The notes beneath the pieces were generated by a model. It was not told where the DNA came from. It did no database searches and saw only the letters and a program-made list of their open reading frames with translations. The translations under genes were made by a program, and so were the position numbers. A stretch of 44,525 nt of DNA from Thermoproteota archaeon (GTDB lineage: Archaea; Korarchaeota; Korarchaeia; Korarchaeales; Korarchaeaceae): positions 1 to 44,525 of the forward strand of contig WALU01000026.1 of the NCBI GenBank assembly GCA_015522685.1, written 5' to 3'. Below, piece by piece: positions 29,520-39,938 of this stretch (position 1 is the first letter of the stretch; each line of letters starts with the position of its first letter).

Positions 29520-29727
29520 CTATTCATCCTTAGGGAAAGATATTCTTGCAAACTTCAGATTTAGGTTTCCCTCTATGAGTTTGATGCTTTAGCTCCTTTT
29601 CATGCGAATATTATCACAGGTTTTCTTCCCCTCTATAATCATGGATTTTATGTAATCTGTGATTTCTCTAGCTAATTTGAGAACCTTAGGAGCCCCCATT
29701 ATGGACGCATAGGTAGATCTTCACCAT
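29520..29727 (-). pseudogene. Possible nucleoside 2-deoxyribosyltransferase-like remnant
   Basis: Frameshifted fragments read MVKIYL/SIMGAPKVLKLAREITDYIKSM, KPVIIFA*KGAKAS and LIEGNLNLK. Confidence 0.3.
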
Positions 29728-29969
29728 AGCAGCCACCCTTGGTTTATTCTTTGCTATTACTCATTGATGTTGTTTAGATATCTCGATGTGTTAAGATGCC
29801 TGAGACATTTTGCAACCACAATATTTACTTGCAGAGTATACTGACTCTTTTCATATTTATAATTCAATTCGTGAATAATTTTCGTAAATGGAGAAACATT
29901 ATTTAACTCCTTATCGCGCGCACCTTATATCGAGAGTAAAATTTATCAATAATTAGCTTTACGTGGCTT

Positions 29970-30818
29970 TTGACAGCTATGAGCGTAGTAGGATATGTAC
30001 CTCTCGAATTTCGGAATATTCTGATACGTCCGGGGAGGAAGCTCCTCGGTATTTCCATATATTTGAAGGATAATAGACCAGAAAATCTGGCTAAACTCGG
30101 CAAAATATTCTATGAACGAAAGGTTTTTCCTAATCATGTATATTCCTCGGTAGAAGCCCGTGGATCTGCGAGGATGGTTGCTATATTGAATTTGGCAGAT
30201 ATAAAGGATACAGATACAAACTCCTTCCTTAAGGAATTGGAAAGCATCGATGTTGTGGACCATGCTACTATATTTAAGCCCACGGTTGAGGGGCTTATAG
30301 TGGACACTACTTCTTTTCCCCTCACGATGTTCGGGGAGAGGGTATTTATTGTAAGGGAACCAGCATTTAAAGAAATGATCCTTGGTATACTGAGAACAGT
30401 AGGACCTCAATTAACAACTAGGCTTCTTTATCAGATGGGCGTGGCCGTAGGTAGAGAGTATGGCGATATATTCAAGAGAATAGCTAGGGATCTAAATGTA
30501 AGGGATCCAGCTAGTATAGTCAAGGATATCTCAATGCCCATCCTTCAATCTCTATCTTATGCCGTTCTAGAGGCTGATCTTGACGAGGATAAAATAGTTG
30601 TAAAGAAGAAAGGCTGCATAGAATACTCTGCTGTTGAGAGGATAATAGAAGAGAATCCTAGTTTAGATATGAGAGACTACTCTCCTCGTTGTAATGCAAT
30701 TAGGGGCATGATTGAGGGCTCCGTTTCTGCTATCCTCGAAGAAGAATTCAAATCGAAGGAGAATTGCATGAGCGAAAGCGATTACTGTGAGATAATCCTT
30801 AGACCTAAATGGAAGTGA
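29970..30818 (+). CDS. ACT-like plus V4R-domain small-molecule-binding protein
   Basis: N-terminal LKDNRPENLAKL ACT-like motif, LLYQMGVAVGREYG, and C-terminal CNAIRGMIEG...ENC...YCEII V4R motif. Confidence 0.75.
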   Translation: MTAMSVVGYVPLEFRNILIRPGRKLLGISIYLKDNRPENLAKLGKIFYERKVFPNHVYSSVEARGSARMVAILNLADIKDTDTNSFLKELESIDVVDHATIFKPTVEGLIVDTTSFPLTMFGERVFIVREPAFKEMILGILRTVGPQLTTRLLYQMGVAVGREYGDIFKRIARDLNVRDPASIVKDISMPILQSLSYAVLEADLDEDKIVVKKKGCIEYSAVERIIEENPSLDMRDYSPRCNAIRGMIEGSVSAILEEEFKSKENCMSESDYCEIILRPKWK

Positions 30819-30960
30819 AGATGCAGAGAATATGCTGAACTCATCAAGAGGTCTGTAGGTTATTCATATTATTTTACTAAAATTCATTGTCTAATGAAGA
30901 ATGTATAATATAGTATAAAAATAAAGGAAAAGAGAAAATTAGGAGATATTCCTTCTCTGT

Positions 30961-31992
30961 CTATTTTCTATTCGATGCTAATGGGGCAGTAACTTCCTTG
31001 ATTATTAGGAATCTCTTAACTGCTTTATCCAAGTGTAGGTAGATTATACAGAGAACTGGCTGTATAGCTGGTATTATAGCTGGTGGAAGAGTAGCGGCTC
31101 CTCCTAATGCAAGAGTTGTTATTATAGCTGCAACGCTCTCGTTCTTGGTTACCGATATAAACGCTATTCCCTGATGATCTTCGTAGCTTATCTTAATGAG
31201 CTTACTAACTAGAAGGGACACGCCGAATATTATGAGTATTATTATTGTCTGAGCGCCTATCACTTCTCCCGCCAGCATTGGCTTCTTAACTATTATGCCA
31301 GCTTTGCCCATTACCAGTAGGAATATTAGAGCCAGCATAAATAGCATCGTAGCTAGAGACAAATAGGGTTTGAGTTCCTTGTTAACATAATCCTTCCCCT
31401 TCTTCTTCAGTAGAGGGTATCTAGTTAGCTGACCTGCCAAGAAGGGTACTACTAGAGCATAGACTATCGATATGAGGACCTTATTAATGGGAACACTGAC
31501 AGAGGCCAAATGCCCGTACAGGCCTAGGTAAAATGGGGCTATAGGTATGGCTCCTATGAGGCTTATTATCACCAGCGCCGTTGCTAGCTCTATATTACCC
31601 TCAGCTATGAGAACGTAGCCCACTGAGGCGCTGGAAGCTGGGACGACGTTTGAAGCGATATATCCCAATCGAAGGCCACGATTCCCCAAAATCCCTGCGA
31701 GTAGTATAGCTAGAAAAGGAGCTAAAATGAATATATAAGTTATAGTTGAGGATATGGCTTTATGATGCTTGAATCCCTTAGCCAATCCATCTGTTCTGAG
31801 CTGTATCATGGAAGGGTACAGAGTGAGTATGGCAAATGTGAGTATCAAGTTCTTCAAGAGGATCTTATTTGTTGTAATATAACTTCTCAGGATATAGCCG
31901 ACTATTATACCCAGTATCAATACCAGAATTGTGTAGAGAAGTAGATATCTCCTTACATGAGAATAAAGCCTCGACAACTTTTCCTGCAGCAT
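30961..31992 (-). CDS. ACR3/bile acid:Na+ symporter (BART) family transporter
   Basis: LYPSMIQL, VPASSASVGY..IAEGN and TKNESVAA motifs with about 10 TM segments. Confidence 0.8.
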   Translation of the reverse strand: MLQEKLSRLYSHVRRYLLLYTILVLILGIIVGYILRSYITTNKILLKNLILTFAILTLYPSMIQLRTDGLAKGFKHHKAISSTITYIFILAPFLAILLAGILGNRGLRLGYIASNVVPASSASVGYVLIAEGNIELATALVIISLIGAIPIAPFYLGLYGHLASVSVPINKVLISIVYALVVPFLAGQLTRYPLLKKKGKDYVNKELKPYLSLATMLFMLALIFLLVMGKAGIIVKKPMLAGEVIGAQTIIILIIFGVSLLVSKLIKISYEDHQGIAFISVTKNESVAAIITTLALGGAATLPPAIIPAIQPVLCIIYLHLDKAVKRFLIIKEVTAPLASNRK

Positions 31993-32009
31993 TTTCTCAC
32001 CTAATTAAC

Positions 32010-32023
32010 TGACTGGCCAGTCA
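32010..32023. promoter_or_regulatory. 14-bp perfect palindrome TGACTGGCCAGTCA between the TATA-like box and the start of the ACR3-like gene
   Basis: The minus strand reads AAAATTTTTA-TGACTGGCCAGTCA-GTTAATTAGGTGAGAAAATG. Confidence 0.65.
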
Positions 32024-32225
32024 TAAAAATTTTAACTAATAAAAACTTATCTGATATTAGATAGATCAAATGGACATATATGCAAATGAATCTAGATAGC
32101 CAGTAGATAGCCAGAAAAAGAGTAAGAAAAATACAGTTAGGCACCAACGAAGCTAAATGATCCTGAGAGCCTTGAATCAGGAAGCTCTGCCCCAGAATTT
32201 TGCATGAGAACCTTAGAGTATATAT

Positions 32226-32734
32226 CTAATAAGGATTTAGCTGATTCTTTGTACACAAACCAAACTTAAGTAGCTCCCTCATAGGTCTGTAGAAAAGTCT
32301 CTTCGGTATTATAGATCTACTCATAGTCGACTTTAAGAGAATCACTATCATAAAAAGCTGAATTTCAGAAGGCATTTTATGTGTTAGAGCTAATAAAACT
32401 ACCTTCTTGGCCAATAAGCCATGAGAAGCCATTACAGCTATATATAGTCCATGCTGTGACCTACCAAGTAGGGCTCTCTTAGGGGTAGAGCTTGAGCTAG
32501 TTCTGTTACGTTCTTCGCCATTCTATCTAGCTTATAGTTCCCGGGAAAGGCTTATCTGAATCTCCATGACCTCTAAGGTCTAAAGCCGCTATCAAGCCTC
32601 TTCTTGAGGGAGGTTCCGCCTAATAGCGCCAAAAGTTTCTCGCGGGAGCCCATCAATGGATTAGGATTATGGAATAGCTCTCCTCTAGCTTCATAGGATA
32701 GCTTGATACCATCGCTGGTTTCGAAGTATTCCAC
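32226..32734 (-). pseudogene. Alpha/beta-hydrolase pseudogene
   Basis: Fragments YFETSDGIKLSYEARG, ILIH*W, ALDLRGHGDSDKP and PYLVGHSM are broken by frameshifts and stops. Confidence 0.75.
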
Positions 32735-32823
32735 AGGCTATAAGATCCTGCTAAGCATAAACAGGGATAATAAGCCAGCAGGTGCCTTAATTGATTTTCA
32801 GATCTGACTATAACCTACCGAAA

Positions 32824-33162
32824 CTATAGCTTCAGCTTCCTTAGAGCTTCTCTTACACTAATTCCGCTGAGCTCAAAATGCCTTATTTTCATCTCATCTA
32901 AGGCTGCTAGGGCATTGGGTCCGAAGGCTCCTGCAACAGCGACCTCAGCTCTCTCATTTATCAGTTTCTGAACTACCTTTATTGCTGCACCACTTCTAGC
33001 CTTAGCTCCTGGATTTTCCAGTACCTTGACATTCTCCACATCCTTTCCATTAGAATTGACGATGACTAGGTAAGGCGCTCTCCCAAATCGACTACTCACT
33101 TCAGAATCGAGGCCTTTATCATCCTCACAAATGAAAGCCAACCTCATGTAAATCCCATCCAC
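32824..33162 (-). CDS. NifB/NifX-family (dinitrogenase FeMo-cofactor-like domain) protein
   Basis: VSSRFGRAPY, ENP...GAAIKVVQ and GAFGPNA motifs. Confidence 0.85.
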   Translation of the reverse strand: MDGIYMRLAFICEDDKGLDSEVSSRFGRAPYLVIVNSNGKDVENVKVLENPGAKARSGAAIKVVQKLINERAEVAVAGAFGPNALAALDEMKIRHFELSGISVREALRKLKL

Positions 33163-33293
33163 CTAGGAGAACCCCAAGCTATAAACTGATCGGTTGTATC
33201 AAAGGGGACAGCTAGCTACTTCTACTTTACCTTAATGCTACCTAGCTTCTTTATAGATTGAAGTAATCTAAAAAATTTTAACAAATTTAGGAA

Positions 33294-33683
33294 TCAGAGT
33301 TCTCTCTTATATCTAGGATCTCTGATCACCAGCTTATTCAACTCTTGATCGCTCAGACCTCTTGTTTCAGCTATGATCTCATCTAACAGAGATTTGACAT
33401 TATCAGGTAATTTGGGAGGCTGGCACTTGTATTGAAAACATTTCTTTCCCTCAATTTTCTCGATACATCCCTTTTCTTCAAGTTTATCCATCAGCTCTTT
33501 TATTTCCTCTATATAGAAGCCAAATTCCTCCTTCACATATGTAAATTCAGTTAATCTATGCCCATTCTTCTCTAGGGAAAGCCACTCAGCCATTAGCAAT
33601 ATTCTGGAGATTCTAAATGGATGAACACACCCTAACTCAGAGAAGAGATAGGACAACAGATCTTCCTCATTCAATTTAATCAC
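33294..33683 (-). CDS. Hypothetical protein resembling the Panacea/SocA (DUF4065) antitoxin domain
   Basis: FRISRILLMAEW...GHRLTEFTYVKEEFGFY resembles the KLxKLLY..D...G..L....Y.....GP pattern. The C-terminus has GLSDQELNKLV. Confidence 0.5.
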   Translation of the reverse strand: MIKLNEEDLLSYLFSELGCVHPFRISRILLMAEWLSLEKNGHRLTEFTYVKEEFGFYIEEIKELMDKLEEKGCIEKIEGKKCFQYKCQPPKLPDNVKSLLDEIIAETRGLSDQELNKLVIRDPRYKREL

Positions 33684-34045
33684 CTAGAAACTACTTCTTC
33701 CCTTGCCTTGAGATTCAGACTATTAAATTAATGCTTTTGCAGGTTATGCCTGCTCCTTCAATGGCAATATAGTGCATACACTGATAAATTTATTTTCAAG
33801 TAGTATATGTAAATTATAATTAATTATAACTAAACTTGTTAATATCTAGATCGAATAAGGAAAAAATCATGATAACGAGAAACATCTTAAAGAGTTGAGG
33901 GATCAGAACCTTAGAAGGTCGAGGGCAGTATAATTCGATTATCAAAGATTTAAGCCTAGCCTAGCCTCGTAGTTAAAAGCCCAGATGAGTTGAGATGTTG
34001 AGAGTTCGCGTAGGCGCGCGATGCGGTGGGTTAGGAAATGTCCAA

Positions 34046-35011
34046 TTAAATACAATTCTTAACTCTCCTTACTCTCTCCCTCATATCGCCTAAGATCTTC
34101 TCTCTAGACTTTATTATGGTCTCTATGTGCTCTAATCTGCTTTTCATCTCATTATCTTCCATCTCATTAGCTAATTTACTTCTTAGAAATTCTAACTCTT
34201 CTTTTAGGTTATTTATCTCCAAGGTCAGCCTCTCCACATCCATTTCTAGATCAGGAAGGGCGCTCCTTAGCTTGAGATGAGTTGATTTAAGATCTCCCTC
34301 ATAGCTCGATTTTAGATCTAAATATTCACTATGATCTATCTTTCCTTGAGACCTCTTCTCCTCCAGTGCTCTCAGAATCTCGATCAATTCATCCCTCCTC
34401 TTGAGGATTTTATCTATACTGTTTATCTTTCTCTCCCATCTTTCACTTTTCATCCTCTTAATGGTCCAGTATAGCCCAAGGGAAAGTAATCCTGCAGCTA
34501 TGATGTATGCTAAGATCATTGAAGCAGAGAGGAGTGTGAGAATGAGAGTGATCTCCAAATGAGTTTCAGCTTTCCCTTCGTTAGATATTAGAGTAACTTT
34601 CACATCAAGATCTCCCTGATAATTGATGTATGGGACCTCTACCATCTCCTTTATAGCCTTCCTCTCTCCGGGCCCTATTCTAATTGGTTTATCCAGTGGA
34701 ACGTAATACTTTCCGAAAGGAAAAGACAGTGGAAGTACATAAAGATGAGTAGACTTTACTTCTAGATTAAATCCCTTAACTTCGATTTCTTTATTCTCCA
34801 AATTCGTTATATATAAAGTTAAGAGAATCTTATCTCCTGGTTTTGCTGTAAATTTTGATGGGAAGGCACTGATCTGAATGAGCTGAGCTGATACACTTGG
34901 AAGTAGCAGAAGAGATAGCACTTGAGCAGTGACAAGAACAATCAAGAAATGGCGATAAGTCATAAAGCCTACCTTCCTTGATCTTATTCGCTTCAGCAGG
35001 CCAAGTAACAT
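34046..35011 (-). CDS. Membrane protein: signal peptide, Ig-like domain, TM helix, cytoplasmic coiled coil
   Basis: Hydrophobic leader, beta-rich KPGDKILLTLYITN domain, TM segment, GKIDHSEYLDLK SHOCT-like motif and heptad repeats. Confidence 0.7.
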   Translation of the reverse strand: MLLGLLKRIRSRKVGFMTYRHFLIVLVTAQVLSLLLLPSVSAQLIQISAFPSKFTAKPGDKILLTLYITNLENKEIEVKGFNLEVKSTHLYVLPLSFPFGKYYVPLDKPIRIGPGERKAIKEMVEVPYINYQGDLDVKVTLISNEGKAETHLEITLILTLLSASMILAYIIAAGLLSLGLYWTIKRMKSERWERKINSIDKILKRRDELIEILRALEEKRSQGKIDHSEYLDLKSSYEGDLKSTHLKLRSALPDLEMDVERLTLEINNLKEELEFLRSKLANEMEDNEMKSRLEHIETIIKSREKILGDMRERVRRVKNCI

Positions 35012-35188
35012 TTAGGCTTCATACAGAGTACCTAAGGGAACTTCCTTCCCTTCATTTATATTCCTTCCTCCTCGATCAGAGATTTGGTTCTATACTATGC
35101 TCATCATTCCCTCAGAGCTGCGACCCATGAAATATTTAGGTAAGTGCTTAGATATTCACATACTCCTCAGGCTGGGGTTGATAATTCC

Positions 35189-37219
35189 ATGGCTTCACAA
35201 AAGGATTTGGTTATACAGGGAGATGTATTTGCAGGGCTGAATTATCTCCAAGATGAAAGCATAGCAGTTGCTGTAACTTCTCCCCCTTACTGGAGGCAGA
35301 GAGATTACGAATTTGAAGGACAAATAGGACAGGAGGATACCCCCGAGGAGTATATAGGGAGATTGGTAGCGATATTCGGCAGTCTAAGGCAAAAGATGCA
35401 CAAAAATGGGGTTTTCTTCCTTAATATAGGAGATAAATACTTCCACAGATATGGAAAATCCCATCTTTTACAGATTCCTTATAGATTAGCTTATCACCTG
35501 ATAAAGGACGGTTGGCAGCTGGAAGATGTAATAATATGGTACAAGTTGAATTATATGCCTTCTTCAGTAAAGGACAGATTCACTAATACCTATGAGCCAG
35601 TACTAGTATTCACCAGAGGTAAAGACAATATATATCGAGCTTTTAAGAGGAAAGAAACAAATGTGATCAGAATACCTCTCCAGCAGACTCCTTGGAAGCA
35701 TACAGCAGTTTTCCCGGAGAAGCTTGTGGAGGAGCTGCTTTTAAGGATTAAATTGGAAAAAGGAGATATAGTGCTCGATCCATTTGCAGGAACAGGCACC
35801 GTTGGAGCCGTAGTGAAGAGGTTAAGGGGGGACGTACTTCCTTCTGAGGTGAACTTTGTCCTGATAGAGAAGGGAAGCTCCTTTATTGATGTAATAAGAG
35901 AGAGGACTCATATAAGGAACGTTATGGGAGTGGGAGACGAGTCATATAGCTGGAAAGCCGCTAAAGAGGAGGATTTACCTGAAATCGAGCCTGAGATAGT
36001 AGCAGAGGATAGGCATGGTGAGGTATACTTTGCTGATTCTAGCTCAGAATTCTTGTCAGCTCTTAGGGGGATATCAACTGAGGAATTCAGGAGTTTTCAT
36101 AGGAAGAATGCCTTATATTTCTTCGGAGTAATAAGATGGAATATCGATGATTTATATTATATACATACAATTCGGAAGATAGGGTACGTCCTCAGGAACA
36201 TGCTTATTGCATCAAATGGCTCGGGATGGTTTCCCATTTTCATGTTCGCATCAGATAGCACGAGAATAGCCTACAGGTTCTATTTGGATAGAGTTAGAGT
36301 CAAGCCTAAAACACTTGAAAACAGGAACTGGTGGACTGAAGGATTCATAAGCCTTAAAGTGAGGGATATATCGGGCAAGAGGACCAGGGAAGGGAGATTA
36401 GCTCAAGTCATCAGGAGGTATGCTGACGGCTTTCCCAAGATAGTAGCAGTCAGGTGGGATGATAGAACCTCTTTAGAGCTCGTTTTGCATCCAGGGAAGG
36501 ATGAACTTTTGATGGAGGGACTTACCTTCAGGTGTCCAAGATGTGGAGCTAGATTAGAAGAGCCTTACGATCCAGCAGGTGGGAACTCGTGCCGAAAATG
36601 CGGTAAGCGCCTGTGGATGGATCTGAGCTCGGTGCCTCATGTAGAGGAGCCTAAAGAAGTTGTAGAAGCTATAAAAGAGATTGAAGCATTAGACTACAGC
36701 TATGGTGAGGCAGATGTCGAGAAGACTCATGCAAGAAGGTCCAGTAGGAGCAAGTTCTCCGAGTTGAGCAGGTTAAACTGGGGTGCCTCCCCTGGAGCAA
36801 GAAAACTTATAATTGGAGAATATTTCACAAAAATGAGACTCTACAGGATTGATCAGCCAATGATAGCTCAATATCTTAACCTTCTGAGAAAGAGTAAGAG
36901 TATGACAATCCAAGATGTAGCTAATTCCTTCCCACCGAGCTATCTGTACACAGTGGGTCACTGGTTCAGGAAGGATTTTGGGGGGTCTATTCCTATACCG
37001 GAGGATATTCCGCTCCTCAAGAATGTCTTTGGGGCTGAAGACGGTCTTCTATGCATAATCGAGAGGACTGCTCTGAAGTTTCAGACAGTAAGGACATCTC
37101 CTAAAGGGAAGAATCCTGGGGATTTCCTTGAATATTCTGATCTAGATCATCTTGAGGAATATCTGAGAAAATTGTACATGCCTTCATCAGAGTATTTGAG
37201 GCATATGAACGTCCCCTAG
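35189..37219 (+). CDS. Beta-class amino-DNA methyltransferase (N4-C/N6-A) with a long C-terminal extension (degenerate second MTase-like domain, Zn ribbon, HTH)
   Basis: TSPPYW precedes VLDPFAGTGT, with HTAVFPEKL between them. The C-terminal half has GYVLRNMLI, FYLDRVRV, CPRC-x14-CRKC, LRKSKSMTIQDVA and GKNPGDF. The start is set at ATG 35189. Confidence 0.88.
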   Translation: MASQKDLVIQGDVFAGLNYLQDESIAVAVTSPPYWRQRDYEFEGQIGQEDTPEEYIGRLVAIFGSLRQKMHKNGVFFLNIGDKYFHRYGKSHLLQIPYRLAYHLIKDGWQLEDVIIWYKLNYMPSSVKDRFTNTYEPVLVFTRGKDNIYRAFKRKETNVIRIPLQQTPWKHTAVFPEKLVEELLLRIKLEKGDIVLDPFAGTGTVGAVVKRLRGDVLPSEVNFVLIEKGSSFIDVIRERTHIRNVMGVGDESYSWKAAKEEDLPEIEPEIVAEDRHGEVYFADSSSEFLSALRGISTEEFRSFHRKNALYFFGVIRWNIDDLYYIHTIRKIGYVLRNMLIASNGSGWFPIFMFASDSTRIAYRFYLDRVRVKPKTLENRNWWTEGFISLKVRDISGKRTREGRLAQVIRRYADGFPKIVAVRWDDRTSLELVLHPGKDELLMEGLTFRCPRCGARLEEPYDPAGGNSCRKCGKRLWMDLSSVPHVEEPKEVVEAIKEIEALDYSYGEADVEKTHARRSSRSKFSELSRLNWGASPGARKLIIGEYFTKMRLYRIDQPMIAQYLNLLRKSKSMTIQDVANSFPPSYLYTVGHWFRKDFGGSIPIPEDIPLLKNVFGAEDGLLCIIERTALKFQTVRTSPKGKNPGDFLEYSDLDHLEEYLRKLYMPSSEYLRHMNVP

Positions 37220-37434
37220 CGCTTCAGAATTCGCATTTGCCTAATCATATGAGCTTGATTTATAGCGCGAAATGCAAGTCATGAAGCATAAGAAAGCGTT
37301 TATTTTAGTTCTAACAAGTAGCTGTGGATGAGACCTTCTAATCCAGATGAGATGGCCAAGGAGTTGAAGGAAGAAATGGAAGAAGAGTTCCAATAATCTA
37401 ATGATTTATGTGATTAGCAGGAACTCCTCAGAAG

Positions 37435-37782
37435 TTATTTCCACAGCTTTAACCCATGAACCTCCAGCCTCTTAAAGTGCTTTTCATTCTCAGTCCATAA
37501 GGGGAGTCCCTTCGCTATAGCAGTTGCACCTATGAGGAGATCTCTATCATCTATCAGTGAACCCTCCTTCCTTAGAACCCTCCACAGGTTCGATGCTTTT
37601 TTCAAGACGTCATTGTCTAATCCAATCATAATACATAGCTTTTCTAGGAAATATTTGGCTCTTGGAGGATCAACTTTCCCTCTGATGAATTCATAGAAGG
37701 TAACCACTGAGATGAAACAGGGGAGATTGGGGAAATTCTTCCTTTCCCTGTCTATATCTATTAGTATATCAGTATCAATCAT
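37435..37782 (-). CDS. vapC: VapC PIN-domain toxin
   Basis: IDTDILID, YEFIRG, DLLIGATA and TENEKHF motifs. Confidence 0.92.
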   Translation of the reverse strand: MIDTDILIDIDRERKNFPNLPCFISVVTFYEFIRGKVDPPRAKYFLEKLCIMIGLDNDVLKKASNLWRVLRKEGSLIDDRDLLIGATAIAKGLPLWTENEKHFKRLEVHGLKLWK

Positions 37783-37985
37783 TACTCCTTTAGCCTTAAT
37801 TTGAGCCTCACCTCTTCGTATGTAGAGTCAAACTCTATCTTTCTAAGCTTAGTTAAGGCTCTCTTTAGATTCTCTCTGCGATATGCTTCTAGCATATCGC
37901 GTAAAAACTCATCCCAAGTTCTATCCTCTTTCAAGTGAGAAAGCATTTCCTTGGTCTCCTTACTTATAGTTATAGTAGTTGGCAT
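37782..37985 (-). CDS. vapB: VapB-type antitoxin
   Basis: MPTTITISKETKEMLSHLKEDRTWDEFLR. It lies upstream of vapC and overlaps it by 1 bp. Confidence 0.8.
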   Translation of the reverse strand: MPTTITISKETKEMLSHLKEDRTWDEFLRDMLEAYRRENLKRALTKLRKIEFDSTYEEVRLKLRLKE

Positions 37986-38343
37986 ATTATAATTGAAAGT
38001 TGTCAATTAATAATTATTACGCTTCAACAGGGAAGTTAGCTGAAGAGTTATCCTGGCTAGCGATCATCATCTCGGCTTCTATCCCAGCATATTACTCTAC
38101 TCAGGGATCAGGGAGCTATTTGGAAGTTCGGAGAAGCAAACGTGTTTGAATTCCTTCTTTGAGATATAGCTGTTCTTAGGTCTACCCCTTAAGTCAATAC
38201 ATATGCTCGCTGCAATACTACTTATCAAGCATATAAGCCTGGGGGTTTGTTCTATTCTACTCTATTCTGTTCATCTTTCTTGTCCATTTAGCTGGGCACT
38301 CTGTAAAGCCAAACTATAAAATAGGCATCTACACAAATAGAGG

Positions 38344-39303
38344 ATGCAGAAATATATGAAAGCTCTTATCACTGGAGGAGCAGGCTTTATTGGTAGTCAT
38401 CTTGCCGACCGTTTGATGCGAGAAGGATATTATGTAAGGGCTCTAGATAACTTGGCTACGGGCTCTCTTGAAAACATTTCTCAATGGATGGATAACCCTC
38501 GCTTCACCTTCATCAAGGGAGACTGTCTGAACCCTAACGAGATCGAAAGAGCAGTTAAAGATGTAGACATTATCTATCACCTAGCAGCTAACCCAGATGT
38601 TCGGGTAGGTGCTGTAGATACTCGAAGAGATTTAGAACAGAATATAATCGCTACCTACAATGTCTTGGAAGCCATGCGCAAATCTAAAACGGCGAAGACA
38701 ATAGTATTCACATCAAGTTCTACCGTCTATGGTGATGCTGAAACATTACCGACTCCAGAGAGTTACGCTCCCTTGAAGCCCATATCCATCTATGGAGCCT
38801 CTAAACTCGCATGCGAAGCCATGATCTCAGCATACTCTTACATGTTTGGGATGAAGAGTGTGATTTACCGATTGGCGAATATCATTGGACCGAGAAGTAA
38901 TCATGGCGTTATCTACGATTTCGTGCAGAAACTCCTCAGTAACCAGAGAGAGCTTGAAATATTAGGTGATGGAGCCCAGAGCAAGTCCTACCTCTACATA
39001 ACGGATTGCATAGATGCCATAATATTTGGTCTGGAGAAATCAGAAAAGCAAGTTGAGATATATAACTTAGGCTCAGAGGATCTAGTTGACGTGAAAACCA
39101 TAGCCAATATAATTATAGGGGAAATGGGCCTCAGAAATGTAGAACTGAAGTTCACTGGAGGAATTGATGGTGGGAGAGGGTGGAAAGGAGATGTGAAGCA
39201 CATGATTCTAGATATTTCAAGGATGAAATCACTCGGATGGGGGCCTAAGTACAGCAGTACTGAAGCAGTGAGGCTCACAGCCAGGGAAATATTGAGACAG
39301 TAG
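38344..39303 (+). CDS. NAD-dependent epimerase/dehydratase (UDP-glucose 4-epimerase-like extended SDR)
   Basis: TGGAGFIGSH, TSSSTVYG, YGASK and GDGAQSKSYLY motifs. Confidence 0.92.
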   Translation: MQKYMKALITGGAGFIGSHLADRLMREGYYVRALDNLATGSLENISQWMDNPRFTFIKGDCLNPNEIERAVKDVDIIYHLAANPDVRVGAVDTRRDLEQNIIATYNVLEAMRKSKTAKTIVFTSSSTVYGDAETLPTPESYAPLKPISIYGASKLACEAMISAYSYMFGMKSVIYRLANIIGPRSNHGVIYDFVQKLLSNQRELEILGDGAQSKSYLYITDCIDAIIFGLEKSEKQVEIYNLGSEDLVDVKTIANIIIGEMGLRNVELKFTGGIDGGRGWKGDVKHMILDISRMKSLGWGPKYSSTEAVRLTAREILRQ

Positions 39304-39499
39304 GCAATTCATAGGGATAAATATGAGCTAGGTCAAGAGAGGATTCAGCTCCAAGTAAGTTACTATGCTTACAAGAACGGGTATCTTACTTTCTTTCTTT
39401 CATTCACCTTTGCTTTGCTTCCAGGACCCCCCCAGCTGTGAGAATTTGAAGAGCTTCATCTCAAGAATTTCTTCTTACCTCTAAATTGCTGAGGATTGT

Positions 39500-39732
39500 T
39501 TGTCTTTTATCTCCCTATAACTATAGAGAGAAACTCATCAATATTGGAATTACAGTAGCTCCCCATATAGTTAGTATAACCCCTATCACCCACTTGAAGT
39601 TACTGTGAATCTCCTTCCTCAGATCATTAATATCCTGCTTGGTAGATATCCTTAGATTGGCCATCTCTTTCCTAAGCTCATTAATGTCTCCCTTAGTAGG
39701 GTAGGAGAAATCTCCAATCTACCTTGCACCAT
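39500..39732 (-). pseudogene. Remnant of a coiled-coil, C-terminal-TM protein (DUF1640-like)
   Basis: PTKGDINELRKEMANLRISTKQDINDLRKEIHSNFKWVIGVILTIWG, with no intact start and a frameshift in the TM tail. Confidence 0.45.
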
Positions 39733-39938
39733 TCATTCGAGTTCTACTTAGTGAATAAGAAGGAAGCTAAAAGATACTTTACCAGAATCAAGGAGATAAT
39801 CAAGTATTGATATTATTTATGTGGCCCTAGGAAGAGAAGTAGAGAAAGCAGAGGTAAGTAAAAGATAGAAAGCTGATATTGATATGCGGCTCCAACCTTG
39901 TAAGAAGTTTTATTTGTCCTTCGAGGCATTCTACATAA

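Noticed and set aside
32824-33162. NifX-like gene as evidence of nitrogen fixation
   Set aside because: Stand-alone members are widespread in non-diazotrophic archaea, and no nif genes are present.
34000-34040. GC-rich patch resembling part of a tRNA or att site
   Set aside because: No acceptor stem or complete T-arm, and no second copy in the window.
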